Position numbers and translations under genes: made by a program. Below, in pieces: positions 30,301-45,300 of a DNA stretch of 64,000 nt. The notes under the pieces were generated by a model. It did no database searches and was not told the origin of the DNA. It worked only from the letters and a program-made list of their open reading frames with translations. The stretch comes from Lama guanicoe (taxonomy: Eukaryota), in NCBI GenBank assembly GCA_013239625.1, contig MU054117.1, positions 2,230,011 to 2,294,010 of the forward strand. The letters are read 5' to 3'. Position 1 is the stretch's first letter. Every line of letters begins with the position of its first letter.

Positions 30301-33300
30301 GGTTAAAAAGTTCCATCAATCTACCATAAAAATGGACTTGAAATTACACAGTGATTACACACAGGACTGAAGAGCATGTAAGGGCTTGGATGTGTGACAC
30401 AGCAACGCACCAAACTGCAGTTTTCAAAAGCACTGTGTGTGCGTGTGTAGTACATTCTTCGGCAAAAAGCTCTAGGGTGTTAGACGTGGTTAAATCCCAA
30501 TGGTAGAATTTCTGGCTTTATTTATTGCCTTCTTTTTCCCCAATCTGAATTTTTTTGGCTTTCTAACATTAACACACACTGCTGTTACGGTTCAAAACAA
30601 AAATATTTTGCAAAATCCATGGAGTTCCAGTGGGAGCAATACTTTTTCCCTTTCAAATGTATACGGTTCTCTCCCTGGCAAAGCAGAGCACAGGGGCACC
30701 CACACAGAGCCTCCCCTTCCTCCTCACCCCAACACAGAATTTGAGCCTGGTGGTGGAACAGCCTGCGATCAGGGCCGAGCTAGGAAAGGGGGCGCCGCTG
30801 TGCCCTGGTTCAGGCCCGGCGCTCCAGCAGGAGGGAAGAGGAGGGAGGGCTTGCCCAGGGAGCGTCTCACCTATGAAGCTGACGGCAGCTGTCCTCAGGA
30901 AGGGCTGCGGGCTCTTCAGGAAGCCAAAGCTCTGGGACAGTAACTCCCCCAAGAGCTGTCTTCTGCTGGTGACCACCTGTGGACCCAAAGAGGGGCCGTG
31001 CTGGCCAGGAGGGCAGGTGGGGGCGCTCTACTCAAGGCCGCCTGCAGCCGCGGCCCTCCGCCATCCCCCAGCAGCATCGTTCTGTCTCCAGCCCCTCACA
31101 CTCAGCCCCACCTCCGCAGCAGTGCACACTCAGCAGGAAGTTCAGAAAGAGAATTTTGCTCCTTGGTACCAACGTGATAAAGGAGAAAGCAACTGATGTG
31201 GGGCAGGAGACAGAGGTGTGCACTCCGGCTCCAGGCTTCTCGTCGCCAAGAGCCAAACCAAAACCTGCCTCCCTCCCTCGTGTCACTGTCAGGCTCTAGC
31301 GCGATAAAGGAGGTAAACTGCTTTGTAAACTGTGAAGTGCGCTATGTGTGAGGCAGTATTAACATTCATAATATTAGAATTTCTCATATTAGTTCCTCAC
31401 CAACCCGCTTAGCCCTTAAATGTGCATTTTCCAGCCAGGATTCCTGATTCCTGCCCTGGCTTGACTTCTTAGGAGCCACAGACCCTTAACACCATGACCC
31501 CTGCCTACGTCTCCTCTTGCCAACTCTGGCCGGAAGGCCTCTGTCCCACTGCCATCTGCTCCCCTCACAGCTGTGGCAGAGCCTCTGAAGGCAGAGAATG
31601 GGATGCCAAGAGGCTCAGATGGGGAAAAACAGGGTCCTCAGGGTTTGCTAGCGATAAAGAAGGAGGCATGGAGAGGACATCTTCTGTCAGCCCTCCTCTC
31701 TTTACCCACCCAGCCTGCCGCCGAGTGCCTGGCACGGGTGTGATGACCCTGCCCCGTCAGAGACTCTCACTCACCAGGTACTTGCATGTCTCTTCCAATA
31801 CCTGGATGTGGTCACTGAGAGTGGTGTGGCGGAATGTCCGCGTGAGCGATGACCAGCCAATCACTTTAGTCCACTCGGTCAGGGCCCCTCCGCAGGCCTG
31901 TGCGACAGAGGGGGGGGAACCCCAAAGCCTAACTCCTGCCACTCTGCAGAGCGAGGCCAGGGGCTGCGCGGAAGACCACGAGGCTGGCCCCCACAGGGCG
32001 TGGCGGGGGTGGGAGCTGGGATCAGGGACGCACGGGGCCTGGTCCGTGACACAGGACGTACATGGCTTCAGGGAGAGCGGCATACCAGATAGGAAGGAAG
32101 GCACCCAAGAGAGGGAAGCGCTCGGAGCAAGCCCAGGGGACGGACTGAAGAGGACACAGAGCATGGCACCAAGGCCAGCTCGTGGGAAAGGGCCCACAGG
32201 AAGGGGGCTGCGTGCTGGCAGGAGGCGGGCAGCTGAGGCTTCCGGTACCTTGACCACCTCGGGGTTGTTGTCCTGAATACTGAGCAGCAGCGGGACCAGG
32301 AAAGTGTAGATCTCCCTCCAGATGGAGGGCCCAGGCTTACATTTGTCAACCTGATGCAGCATGTGGCCCAGGGCAGAGGTGGCTGAGATCTTCACCTGGT
32401 CCCTCTCCTGCGCAAAGGGCAAAAGGGAGACGAAGAGGCTGAGGTTCCCTCTGGCACTGCCCGGCCTGGCCTCTGGATTCCCGCATCTCATATTCCACGT
32501 CCAAAGCCCACCGATGCTGACGGCACTGGGATTACAGGACGTAAAGGCAGCAGGGGTGCATATCGGGGTCGTTTTCTTTAGACCCCCCCAGGGTGAATAA
32601 GCCGGCTTGTTAAGACACAGAGCTCGGGAGACCAGAGCATGCAGCTTCAGTTCTGCACAGACCACAGCCACAGCCTGTAACTTTATTCTAAGGATTTAGC
32701 TCAAGAATGCCAAATTTGGGGGGCTGGAGTACAGCTCAGTGGTAGAGCACATGCTTAGCATCCCCAAGGTCCTGAGTTCAATCCCCAGTACCTTCATTAA
32801 ACCATAAATTACTTAAACAATAAATAAATAAATAAATAAATAAATAAACCTAATTACCCCCCAAAATTTTTTTAAAAAGAATGCCAAATTTTAAAAATCA
32901 CATATGGTTAAACTAGTTAAAGGTTTGAACAAATTATTTTAGATCTAATTAGCTTGTATTATTTCACAATGATCACAAACAAGTAAATTCTGGACACTTT
33001 CAAGAGTATATTATATATTAATTGAGCAAATATTTACTGAGCACCTATGGTGAGTAAAGCATGGTGCCAAATAGCAGAGGTGTTGTGGGACAAGACAGAC
33101 AGTCCCGGGCCCCGTGGAACAGGGGAAACACACTTGAACAAATTGGATTACACATCATTATTTTTCGCAGAGTGAACACAATGGCTAAAGAGAGGTGATT
33201 CAATGTTGGCACATTAATTTAAAGAAACAGAAAGTATCACATGCAGATTAACTCAAGATGGGTGACTGAGCACTGCTTGTCATTCTTCCTGCCCCAAAGC

Positions 33301-36300
33301 CCTAGAAGAAATAGTAGAGATGTGCTTTTCAAATCGGTAATGGCTCTGTGGCTCTGGAATATTAGAGCAGGCCCCCCGGCTGAGGACTGGAGTGTCCCTG
33401 AAAGGCAGACAGCAGACAGGACTGGAATTAAATTTGAAACCACAGCCTGAACAGACTGCTGCAGGAGGTGGGTGTGTTCTGGGAGATCTCCAAGCTTACG
33501 GGCCGTAAACAAGGGGAACAGGAGGGGACACCGGGCAGCCAACAGAGTGGTCATCTGGGGTGCTGTAGTCCAGACACAGAGCCCAGTTTCTCCCCCACCC
33601 TGCCCTCCCAGAATCCCCCTCACTAACTAGCAAGCAGCAGGGCATGTACCCCCGACAGAGCAGGGCTGTGGTGTCTAGACAGAGAGATAGGAGGGAGTCC
33701 TGGGTGTCCGGCAGCACCCAGGAAGAGCAGGGCACCTCACAATCAGAAGACCAGATCTTGGCACACCTGCCTGCCCACGATCCCTGGGTGCACCCCCACA
33801 GCGACGGGAAAGCACTGCTTTCATAGAGGGCCAGCCGAGAACCAGCAGTACAAAATTTCCAGAGCTACCACCAATACTCACCAAACATTTAGGGAAACCA
33901 GCACCACAAAAGGAACAGACAAAACCCCATCACATCCAAGGAGACAGTTAATAACACAATCTGAACAAAACTTTAAAGAAAGCATAATCAAATCCTCAGA
34001 AGGATTTTGGTTTAAAAAATATATATAGAGAGAGAGAGAGAGGGAGAGAGAGAGGACATTTTTAAACAGTACTCAGAACCCCAAACCTTGACATTATAAG
34101 TAAACAAGTAAATAATTAAATAAGTAAATAAAGACATGCAAAGGTCAGGCAGTGTCCCCACAGAATAATGCAGTATCTGCTCAGATATCACACCATCAAC
34201 CAGAAGAGAAGAATAAAGAGCACTTGCTTAATAGAGAAATAAACTCAACAGGTCAGCTGAATAGCAGAATAATCATAGCTAAAGCGTGAATTAGTAAGAG
34301 GAGAATCAGCCCAGGGATTTTTCCAAAGTGGACAAAGAGATGGAAAATATAAAAGAAAAATTAAGAAACATGGAGAATATGACCCAGCAATCCCACTCCT
34401 GGGCATATATCCAGAGGGAACCTTAATTCAAAAAGACATATGCAGTCCAACATTCATAGCAGTACCACTTACCATAGCCAACACAAGGAAACAACCTAAG
34501 TGTTCATCGACAGGTGACTGGATAAAAAAGCTGTGGTATATTTATACAATGGAATACTACTCGGCCATAAAAAAGACTAAAACAATGCCATTTGCAGCAA
34601 CATGGATGGACCTGGAGATTGTCCTACTAAGTGAAGTAAGTCAGAAAGGGAAAGAAAAATACCATATGATATAGCTTATATGTGGAATCTTAAAAAAAAG
34701 ACAAACGAACTTATTTACACAACAGAAACAGACTCACCTGAACAGACTGCTGCAGGAGGTGGGTGTGTTCTGGGAGATCTCCAAGCTTACGGGCCGTAAA
34801 CAAGGGGAACAGGAGGGGACACCGGGCAGCCAACAGAGTGGTCATCTGGGGTGCTGTAGTCCAGACACAGAGCCCAGTTTCTCCCCCACCCTGCCCTCCC
34901 AGAATCCCCCTCACTAACTAGCAAGCAGCAGGGCATGTACCCCCGACAGAGCAGGGCTGTGGTGTCTAGACAGAGAGATAGGAGGGAGTCCTGGGTGTCC
35001 GGCAGCACCCAGGAAGAGCAGGGCACCTCACAATCAGAAGACCAGATCTTGGCACACCTGCCTGCCCACGATCCCTGGGTGCACCCCCACAGCGACGGGA
35101 AAGCACTGCTTTCATAGAGGGCCAGCCGAGAACCAGCAGTACAAAATTTCCAGAGCTACCACCAATACTCACCAAACATTTAGGGAAACCAGCACCACAA
35201 AAGGAACAGACAAAACCCCATCACATCCAAGGAGACAGTTAATAACACAATCTGAACAAAACTTTAAAGAAAGCATAATCAAATCCTCAGAAGGATTTTG
35301 GTTTAAAAAATATATATAGAGAGAGAGAGAGAGGGAGAGAGAGAGGACATTTTTAAACAGTACTCAGAACCCCAAACCTTGACATTATAAGTAAACAAGT
35401 AAATAATTAAATAAGTAAATAAAGACATGCAAAGGTCAGGCAGTGTCCCCACAGAATAATGCAGTATCTGCTCAGATATCACACCATCAACCAGAAGAGA
35501 AGAATAAAGAGCACTTGCTTAATAGAGAAATAAACTCAACAGGTCAGCTGAATAGCAGAATAATCATAGCCAAAGCGTGAATTAGTAAGAGGAGAATCAG
35601 CCCAGGGATTTTTCCAAAGTGGACAAAGAGATGGAAAATATAAAAGAAAAATTAAGAAACATGGAGAATATGACCCAGCAATCCCACTCCTGGGCATATA
35701 TCCAGAGGGAACCTTAATTCAAAAAGACATATGCAGTCCAACATTCATAGCAGTACCACTTACCATAGCCAACACAAGGAAACAACCTAAGTGTTCATCG
35801 ACAGGTGACTGGATAAAAAAGCTGTGGTATATTTATACAATGGAATACTACTCGGCCATAAAAAAGACTAAAACAATGCCATTTGCAGCAACATGGATGG
35901 ACCTGGAGATTGTCCTACTAAGTGAAGTAAGTCAGAAAGGGAAAGAAAAATACCATATGATATAGCTTATATGTGGAATCTTAAAAAAAAGACAAACGAA
36001 CTTATTTACACAACAGAAACAGACTCACAGACATAGAAAACAAACTTATGGTTACCAGAGGGGGAAGAGGGTGGGAAGGGATAAATTGGGAGTTCGAGAT
36101 TTGCAGATACTAATATATATAAAATAGATAAACAACAAGTTTATACTGTAGAGCACAGGGAGCTATATTCAATGTCTTGTGGTAACTTATGGTGAAAAAG
36201 AATATGAAAATGAATCTATGTATGTTCATGTATGACTGAAGTATTATGCTGTACACCAGAAATGGACACAACATTGTAACTGACTATATATATATAAAGA

Positions 36301-39300
36301 AACATGAGGAATAAATCCAAATAAGTTTCAAAAATAAAACAGAAAGACAGAAAAGAGGACATACCAATGAAACAACAGAATGTCACTACTGAGCTTTGCC
36401 TAAGTAAGTGCACATGACTAAGTGAATGACAAAGCAGCACCTAGAACCCAGATGGTCTGACCCTTGGGTCAGTGTTCTCTTCACCCTGATGGGTAACCAC
36501 TGTGGAGATGATGACATTTACTATTCCTTGGTTAGACCCTAAATCTCAACTTTCCATTCCAGCAACATGGAAGAAAAGCTGACAACCTCTCCACCATAAA
36601 CAGCTTTATACTAGAGAAAATATACAAAAACATTCTTAAATGCAGAGCTGAGCTTTCAAAAAAGTAAGAAAAATTCCCAGGGGCCAAAGATGTAGAGGTT
36701 GCTGTCATTCCAGCTGCTTGGGCGGCATCGGGGGATGGGACATCAGGGTGTCTCTAGTGGGGAGGGGATGTCACTGGGCTCGACAAGGACAAGTCTTCTC
36801 ACATCCCCTGGTCTCCCCAGCCTGCCCCCACGGTAGCGCGGACTGAAAAAACTGCATACCCTAAAGCTGAGAATGAATTCAGAAATGAGAAGTCTCAGCA
36901 AAGAAATAGAAGATATTAAAAAGGAACCGTAGAAAACTTTAGAACTGAGAAATACAAAATTGGGTCGGCTCCGTGGCAAAACAGAGATGTCAGAGGAAAG
37001 AGTCAGTGAACTTGAAGAAAGAGCAATAAAAATTATTTAATCTGAACCAGAGAGAAAAGCGACTGGAAACGAACAGAAGCTTGGGGCTCACTGGATAATA
37101 ACAGAAGGTCTCACACCCGTGTCACCACATTCCTAAAAGGAGAGGGGAGACAATGTGGTGCTGAAAACATTTTAAGAAATAACGGCTAAAAATTTCCTAA
37201 GTTTGGTGAAAGATATAAATACAGAAATTTCAAGCAGCTCAGAGAACTTCAAACAGGCTAGACCCAAAGAAACTCATCCCAAGACATCGTTAACTGCTGA
37301 AAACATAAGATGAATTCAAGGCAAAACAGACACTTTCTGACGAAGACTGAAAACATTTAATTAACAGACCACAAAGGGGAAAAAAAGAGACGCGTTTAGG
37401 AGGGAGAGGAGAGCTTCCAGAAGGAAAGGTGAGCAAAGGAATTTGTGAGCAAGAGAGTACATCTAAATAAGTACTGACTGTACACAACAGTAACAGTGAT
37501 GGTGAGGGTGCTGAGGATGACATAAAGACGAAACTTGGGGGTTTTAAAGGAATGTGGAACTGAAATACTGGACAATATTAATAGATAAAATGGGAGGGTG
37601 TGATCAGAGTTAAAGCGTTCTACAGTCCTTATACTGTTTGGATGGAAGGTAAAGATATTACCTGTAGGTGTTCTTAAGCATACATGGTGACGTTCTAAAG
37701 TAACAGAAAAATAGATGAACCAGACAATGACCCTGTCATTGTGGGGTGTCCAAGCTGGAAGGGGAGTAAGACTGATACAAAAATATCTCAAATCCAAGGT
37801 GCACGAACTCAGAAGTTAGAGGCACCAGACCAGGAGTACTGCAAGCATGCGGCTCTGACGTCAGGTCCACTCAGCCCTCAAGCTCTATAATCCGTAAGGA
37901 GGGTGAGATGTGGAGCGGGTTGGTGTAGGTCTGGGAAGCTCTGATTTCTGAGCCTTTGGGTTCTTGAGACGAGGCTCCTGGCATCCTGGGGTCCCTGTGT
38001 TGACTGAGAGAGGGCAGAGCCATGCTCCTCCCCAAACACATCATCCCATGGCGGGGTCTGCTGGAAAAGATGCTTGGGGTTGGAACCCATTTTGTGTCAG
38101 TGTGTCACTTTTTTTCCTTCCTGGTGACAGAGCAGTGCTACCCCTGGACGAGCATGTGCTACAACTGTGTGTAAGGGGAGTGCGTCTGAGACAGCCCCCT
38201 TCCTCAGCCCGGGGGCTCCAGCCCTCTCCCGCGGCCCCCGGCACACGCAGGCTCATTCCCAGCCCCAGCCCCAGCCCACTCGGCTCCCATCCCATCCGGG
38301 ACTCGGGCCATACATCGTTGATGAGTGGGCGCAGGTGTTTGGAGATGCTGCAGAAGACCACCTTAGTGTCCTCTGCCTGCCCGTGGCAGATGATGTTTCG
38401 CAGGCTCTTCACTGCCTGCACCGTCACGCGCACCTCGTTCTTCAGCAGGTCTCTCAAGGACGGAACCAGGCTCTTCAGAGACGCCGACTGTTGGGAGAAG
38501 GCAGAGGTCACTCACCACCTGGGGGTGAGGCAACACTCTGGGGACAGGGTTCTGAGAAAACAGAGGATGCCCAAGACACTGGACAGATGTGAGGAGCCTG
38601 GGGGCCGGAGGTGCCAAGGAAGCGGATGGCTGGTGCCCAGGGTGCGGGGCCCGATGGCCAGTCTATGTGCGTCTACAGTCAGGATGCTGTGTGGCCTGAG
38701 GATGTGGGGTTGGGAGATAGACCAAGCCCTGGGTCATCAGAGACCCACGGGAGAGAGAAGAAATGCTCCCGGGACCGTCGCCAGTCCCCGCCCGGCCCCC
38801 GCTCTTACTTGTCCTGGATGCAGTGCCAGGTTACTGATGCCCCGGAGCCCAACTTCCTTCATGACAAGGTCAGGCTCCTTGATCCACGTGACAAGGTTGC
38901 TCAGGAAGTCATGCCCCAGAGTCTGAGCCACTGACCGGTGCCAGAGGAGCTGTGGGTGCAAGGAGACCACAGCCAGGGATGGAGAAGAGGTCTCAGGGAC
39001 CCAGTGTGCCCTTCAGCACCCCCTGGCTGTGGCCAGGTCAGGACTGCGTCCAGTTGAGGAAAGTGGCAGATCTGGACATGTGGAGTGGACATTGCAGTAA
39101 GGAGTGGGAGGGTACGCTGATAAGGTTTGAGTTTTGAGCCAGGTGCCGGGGTCCACAGGTCATTCTGGGAGGACCAGAGCTGTTGGCCCCGCCCCCGGCT
39201 TCTCCTGCCTCCTCTAACCAGGCTCCTACTCTGTCTGCTCTCCACGGCCCGCTAGCTAACATCTCTGTGAGAGACCAAATGAAGGGCTAGGGCCGTGGGC

Positions 39301-42300
39301 CGCTCCCCTAGCCCTCACCTGCGCGTAGAAGGCCCTGGCCAGGACCTTCCAACGATGATCTAAGCTGTAGAGGAAGTTCCTGACGAGGCTGAGGAGCTGG
39401 TGCAGGATGGCCGGCTCACAGTTCTTCACCATGGCACTGGGTGGGACACAGGAAGCCAAGAGTTGCTGGGGGGAGATGTCAAGGGACCAGTGTGCACGGA
39501 AAAGGGGAGGCATGAGGGCTGAGGTATCAGGAGACCAGAGGGCTGGGAGATGGGGAAGGAGGGGTGCTGAAGGCTGGGCCCTTGGAAACGGGGGTCAGGG
39601 GGTTAGAGGGGTGCTAGGAGCTGATGGAGCAATGGTCCCACCTGGTCAGGTCCATGATCCCTATATAGTAAAATTTGGGGCAGGACAGGAGGTCCCAGCT
39701 GCGATGCTGGTTTCCATAGAACACCACGCTCTCATACGCGGCTGCCAACAGCACCAACTTCACCACCTCCAGGGCACAACTGAAGGCCACGCCATGAGGT
39801 TTGTGAAAAGGAAGAGACAGAAGGATAGGTAAAGCATTACTCCCTGGTTTGTATCCCACCGCCAGCAAGCCGGGAGACAGCCCCCTGCCTCAGTAGCTAG
39901 GTTCTGCTTTCCCGCTGACAGCTGACAAAAGTCCACAGCTCTGTGAAAACCATTTCCACTCACCCCTCCCACCCTGGAGCTCACGCAGCCATGGAGGCCG
40001 AGTAAAGAGCCTAGAAAGACACTCTAGGGCCGTGGCTGCTCCCCAGGGCGTGGAGGGCAGGCGAGGGTGTCTCTTCACTCCACGCCCAGCTCGTCCGAAA
40101 GTCTGTGCTCGATGGTCTCGCTTGTTCTCATTTTCGTGTAAGACGTCATTTGAACAAAATGCTCTGAGGTCACTTATCTAGGAGTCCGACGGGCAAACAT
40201 CTGAATCCTAGTAGTGACTTGTACAAGACGGCACCGCTAGTGACAGGCAAGCCAGAGGCCAACCAGGTTCAAAGGACCACAGCCGCACAGGGAGGGTGAC
40301 ACAGACATGGTCTCGCTCGGCCAGTTACCATCCAACCGAGCGTCCTTGCGTGCAGAGCCAGGGCCACGCGCACCGACTGGCAGCGCGCCCACCGAAGGGT
40401 TAGTGAGAAAGGTGGAGACACGTGAGACCACCCCACACCCTCTGCTGTCTCCTCGCTTCTGCCGCTGTCCTCCAGGGCTCTCTGGAACGGACTGATCTCA
40501 TTCCTCCGTCACTTGGGGGGTTGGCTTACCTAGTGGGATCGAAGGGCTTGCTCTTGCTGCCCAGGCCCCCCTCCTTGGTGTAGACCACCATCTTCTGGGG
40601 GGGCTTCTGCTCAATCACCCAGCAGAGATGATGCAGCACAGCCAGCAGCAGCCGCGGGTAGAGTTCCTTCACGGCCTCCTGGCACAGGGACCCCGACAGC
40701 ATCTCGCACAACGCACAGGCCACCTGGGGGAGGACACGGTGGAGGCGGGAGCAGATCTGACCGGACCTGAGCATCAAACAGACCCAAGATCCCGCACATC
40801 TTGTCCCGCCCTGCCCTCCCCGTCACTGCCCCAAGGTGAGTCACAGCTCACTCTGACTCAGGCTCGCAAGAAGCACCCCAACACTGAAAGGCCAGCGCTC
40901 ATCCCCGGGGAAATGAGGGGGCCACACAGGTGCACTCTGCTTTCCCTTCACTCCTCTGACTTTAAAAATCAAAAGGGAACCGACTCTAAAGTTTCAGCAG
41001 AAGATGCTTCAGGGCATGTCAACTCCAATTCCGGGCCACCAAACATCCTCCTCCCCCAGCCTCTCGGGCCCCCCAGAATGGGTGCCAGCCCCACAATCAG
41101 GAGCTAGAGAAAGTTGCTTAGCTCTGAACGTTTCCCTGTCCATGAAATCGACCACCCCTGCTCTTTCCATTACCGCATCGTTCAGTTCTTAGGTGTACAG
41201 TGCAAACAGAGATCACCATGCTAACCGCGAGGGCAGTGCTAGTGATTCCAGTGACAGCCTCTCCTCTTTGCTCCTCCCTGACACCTGCCCCTGCCCACAG
41301 GCCCCTCTGACCCGGAGTCTGGGGCCCCTCCCTCCCTGTGCTGACCGCCACAGGCCGGAAGGGCATCTCCCCGGTCTCGTCCCTGGAGTCGAGCTTTTCC
41401 AGGACGCCTATGAGCACCTGCAGGACACCGATTGTGGTCTCTCGTTGGGTGCCAAACGCCTTCCACACCGACAGGCTGGTTCTGCAGGACCCAGAGACAG
41501 CTGTGTCACGCGCCCTGCTGGCCATGCTTCTAGGGCTAGTCTGGCCTCGCTTGGGCCTGGAGCGGCCAGGTCTCACGGTCTGGAGGGAGTGGGACCAAAG
41601 AGGACTTCGCCAACAAACACCGATGAAGTTTGACTGGCATCTAAGAGAGTGCTTCCTTGTGCGCTGACTTCGCGCGGGGCGGGGCGGGGCACGTTGCCCA
41701 GCAGGAGGGTGCCCCGTGGGGAGGTACCTGTTCCAGGGCAGGGGCTTGTTGAGCAGCAGGGGCACCACAATGTGGGCATTGTTGCCCGCCAGCAGGCACA
41801 TGGCCCGCAGGGTCTCCTCCTTCGTACTGGGCTCCAGCTGCAAACTGAGCGATTCCAGGATGCCCTCCACAACTTCCTCAATCTACAGGGCAGAGCCAGA
41901 AGGGTCTCCATAAATCCTTCCATGCTTCCTTCCCCCACTCCCTCTCTACCAACTCTCCAACCTCAAGGGACCTTCCATCTCTGGTACCTGGGCTACGTAG
42001 GTCACATACAGGAGTGGAGGCCATGGTATCCAGGATCAGAGAGAAGAGGGTCTGGAGAGCCCATGCCACATATAAAAGGGACAGTGTCCACTCAGAGAGC
42101 TGTCCTATGTGACCTCATTTTAAAGTTGTTTTCAGTGAAGTGGGAAATGTGGATTTTTATGCAAAATATAACTGTTTTACACGTAAGTCTAAAAGAAAAT
42201 GTATTCAAAGGTCAGGTCCTTCCACGAACTTGCTGGTTGGCAGTTGGCAGCCTTGCCCTTCAGAGGTTCTAAGCCCCCCTCGCACCCCAGGGAACCGGGG

Positions 42301-45300
42301 TGAGTACCCCCAGCAGTGCTTCCTTGCGCTCTGACCATCAGCCATCCAGCTGCCCACAGCCCTGCACATGGTCGTCATGAGCCAAGGAAACGGCTCCCAC
42401 GTGGGAGGAACTGCAGTTCCGAGCTCAGGACTCCAAATGCCAGGGCTCAGCGGAACCACGGAGGAAGTCTAGTCCCAGCCTCCAACTTAGAGGTGAGTGA
42501 ACTGAGGGCCGCAGAGGAGAGGGACCTGCCCCAGGCCCTTTGGCCAGTCAGCAAGAGAGGCAGGAGAGGCCGGGCTCCGGGCTTGCTGGGCACAGCTGGC
42601 ACCACAGCACTACCCTACCTTCATCATATCTCTGCCCCGTTCTTTCAGGACACCACTCATCAGCTGGGCTGCAGCCAGAGACTCCTTGGCCTTGCTGTTG
42701 GTCAGGCCCTCCATGGCCGTCAGCACCAGGTTGGTGACCTGCGTCTGGGTGAAGTACTCCGCAAACGCCTGCAACACGGTGCGGTCGGGCTGGACGCGGC
42801 AGGCCCCCAGCGGCAGACAGCTGAGCCGCCCTCCCGGCCAGGGCCGGGGGAGGGAGAGTACCTCTGGGGAGCGCGGTGTGCTTCTGCCCTAGGCATGAGC
42901 TGTCTGCCAGCTCCTGGAAGACCTTTCACTGGGGACAGAGTCTCTGGGGACCGGAGGGTGCAGTGTGGGGCTCAGAGGGCAGAAGCAGCACGGGCAGCGT
43001 GCGGAGTTGGGCGGGGGCCGGGAGCCTTGGCGACCGCTCTCTGAGGCGTGGGCTGGGTGCCCACAGAGCATTATTAGCATGAAGCAGGTGCTTCTCAGGG
43101 GGACGGGTAAGAAAGGATAAGGACCCATGATGCTTATAAGGGTGAGCATGTGGCAGGAAAGGCTCCCCAAAGGCAGAGCTCACATCCAGTAATGGGAAGG
43201 GAAGGAGATGGGGCATCAGGGTCCCAGCCCAGGAGTCTGTAAACGGGAGGCCCAGGCTCTCCCCACTGGCCTCTGGCGCACCCCTCACCTCGGCAATCTC
43301 AAAGGTGCTGTTGTAGAACATGCTGGCACTGTACACTTCGCTCCTGCCCTCTTCCTCCCACAAGCCCTGTTTTTTCCTTGCCATCTCTGAAACAGACGCC
43401 CAGCCCAGCGCTCAGACACTCAGAAGGAGCCTTAGGCCCCCACTTCCCCAGCTGCCCAGCCCGAGACACCTACTGAGCCGAGGCGGCTGGGGCGAGGAGT
43501 AACGTGTGGGGCTGGGGGTACAGGGAGGACACGAAGCCAGGGGACGTGAGGGCCGATTTCGAAGGAACCCCCTGACCCCGGTGCCTGCCTCAGAGCAGAA
43601 ACAGAACTGAGTAAGGGGCTCAGCCAGGTGGGGAGAAAATGATGCAGAAGAACTGTCTCTTGAGTGGGCATATTTTTGTCCCAAGAAGGTATCTATAGAT
43701 GTTTGCGGGCAGGTTCCTCAGTGGAAAGGATGTGCTCAGTAACTCCTGGGCTCCCGCCCTCCGGGGACAGAGTGTGTGGGGACAGCTGGGCCTGGCGGGG
43801 GCCCCAGGGGGAGGAGAAGGCTCTCTGTACTCTTTCGCTGCAGGAGGATGCAGTAGAGGCTGTAGACGGCCTGGGCAGACAGGAAGCAGATATTGTCCAC
43901 GGGGTCCTGGCAGCGTACGGCCAGCAGCCTCACCAAGCGCCCCAGCCGGGTGAACTCAATTTCTGTCTGGGGAGGAGAGATGGAAGCCACAAGTCATCCC
44001 AGCCAATCCCTCAGGCTGAGTCGTCACAGGAAAAGAACTAGGAGGAGGAGCTGCCAGGACCAGAGAGGTTCGAGGTGAGATGAGGTGAGTTTATCGGGGA
44101 TGGAACTGGACAGGTGAGTTGTGGCTGGGAAGGACATACGGGATCACAGTGTTGGAAGGACCTTACACTGTCCCCCTTCTTCACCTCTTGACACACACCT
44201 CCCATTCTTCAAGTCTAGCTCAGATGCCTCCTCCTCCATGAAGCCTTCCAGATCCTTTCTCTTACAGTCATTTGTGTCTTGATCTTTTCTTCCCACTACA
44301 TTTGGTTTGTACCTTTGTTATCACCTTCTATTATAGTTTGTTCTATGCCTGCCTCTCTCCCCAGCGGTCTGTGAGATCCATGAAGACAGACAACTGTCTT
44401 GGTCCTCTGTGTATCCACTCTGACACCGAGCACAGTGCCTGGCACAAGGTGAGTATTCAGTAGCTGCTTGTGCAGATGAACAGAATGAAACCAAACCAGG
44501 TGGGATGGAAGTGAATTGATGGATGGAAGGAAAGGCCAAGAAGATGTCAGAAGGGAGAAAGGGGAGAAAAGGTGAGGTTCACAGGAGAGAACAGAGGGTG
44601 GGGCCAGGAAGATGGAGGGTGAGCATCAGTGGCTGAGGCCCGGTACTTCATGAGACGACATTTGGGATGAAGGCGGCAATGAGAGTGACTGGAGGGGACA
44701 CCAGGGCTCAGTCTCCAGGAAAGGCTCCCACTCACTTCAAAGTTGTTCATTTTTGCAGTGAAGCCAAGAACACAGGCTGTGCACCACATGGCCCGTTCCC
44801 GCTCGCTGTCCTTCTGGGAGTTCAGCCACGTGTCTAGGAACTGGAGAGAGAAGAGAAGGAAAGGAGAGGCCTGTTCCACCCAGTGGGTGAAAAGGTGACC
44901 TTGAACCCGGCTTCTGCAAAGTGCGCCTACAGGCAGGTTACATGTGGGTCGGGCACCAGGAGCCCTCATTCCTCCGACCCCCGATTTTGCTAGGAATCTC
45001 TTCCATTATTACCTCTTCCTTCAGGCTAAAGCAGTGGCTCGCGGATTGTATTGATTTTCAGTCACTTCACTGGGTTGTTGTACCTCAGTGTCCCCCTACC
45101 CACCTCCTCCCACTCTTAAGTAGAAAGAGGAGATGGTGATAACAAAGAAGAATCATTGTATTTGCTGATTCCAGAGTGAACTGGGCATAAATATGCTTGA
45201 GAAATACAATTATGGGTGATTCCTCTCTGAAACACAATACACAAGTGGTCTCACAGTTGGTAAATCATGGGCTCAAAACACCACTGATCCAGACGCTTCG

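Noticed and set aside
32718..32800. tRNA-like sequences with A and B boxes (also about 18060, 28090, 29150, 49830, 53735)
   Set aside because: A-rich tails, TSDs and no complete cloverleaf: SINE heads, not tRNA genes.
33237..35175. Duplicated small ORFs suggesting a tandem gene pair
   Set aside because: They are simply copies within the 1291-bp intronic duplication; no coding signature.
37964..38926. 320-aa plus-strand ORF, the longest in the track
   Set aside because: Antisense shadow of two MROH exons in GC-rich DNA; no recognisable domain.
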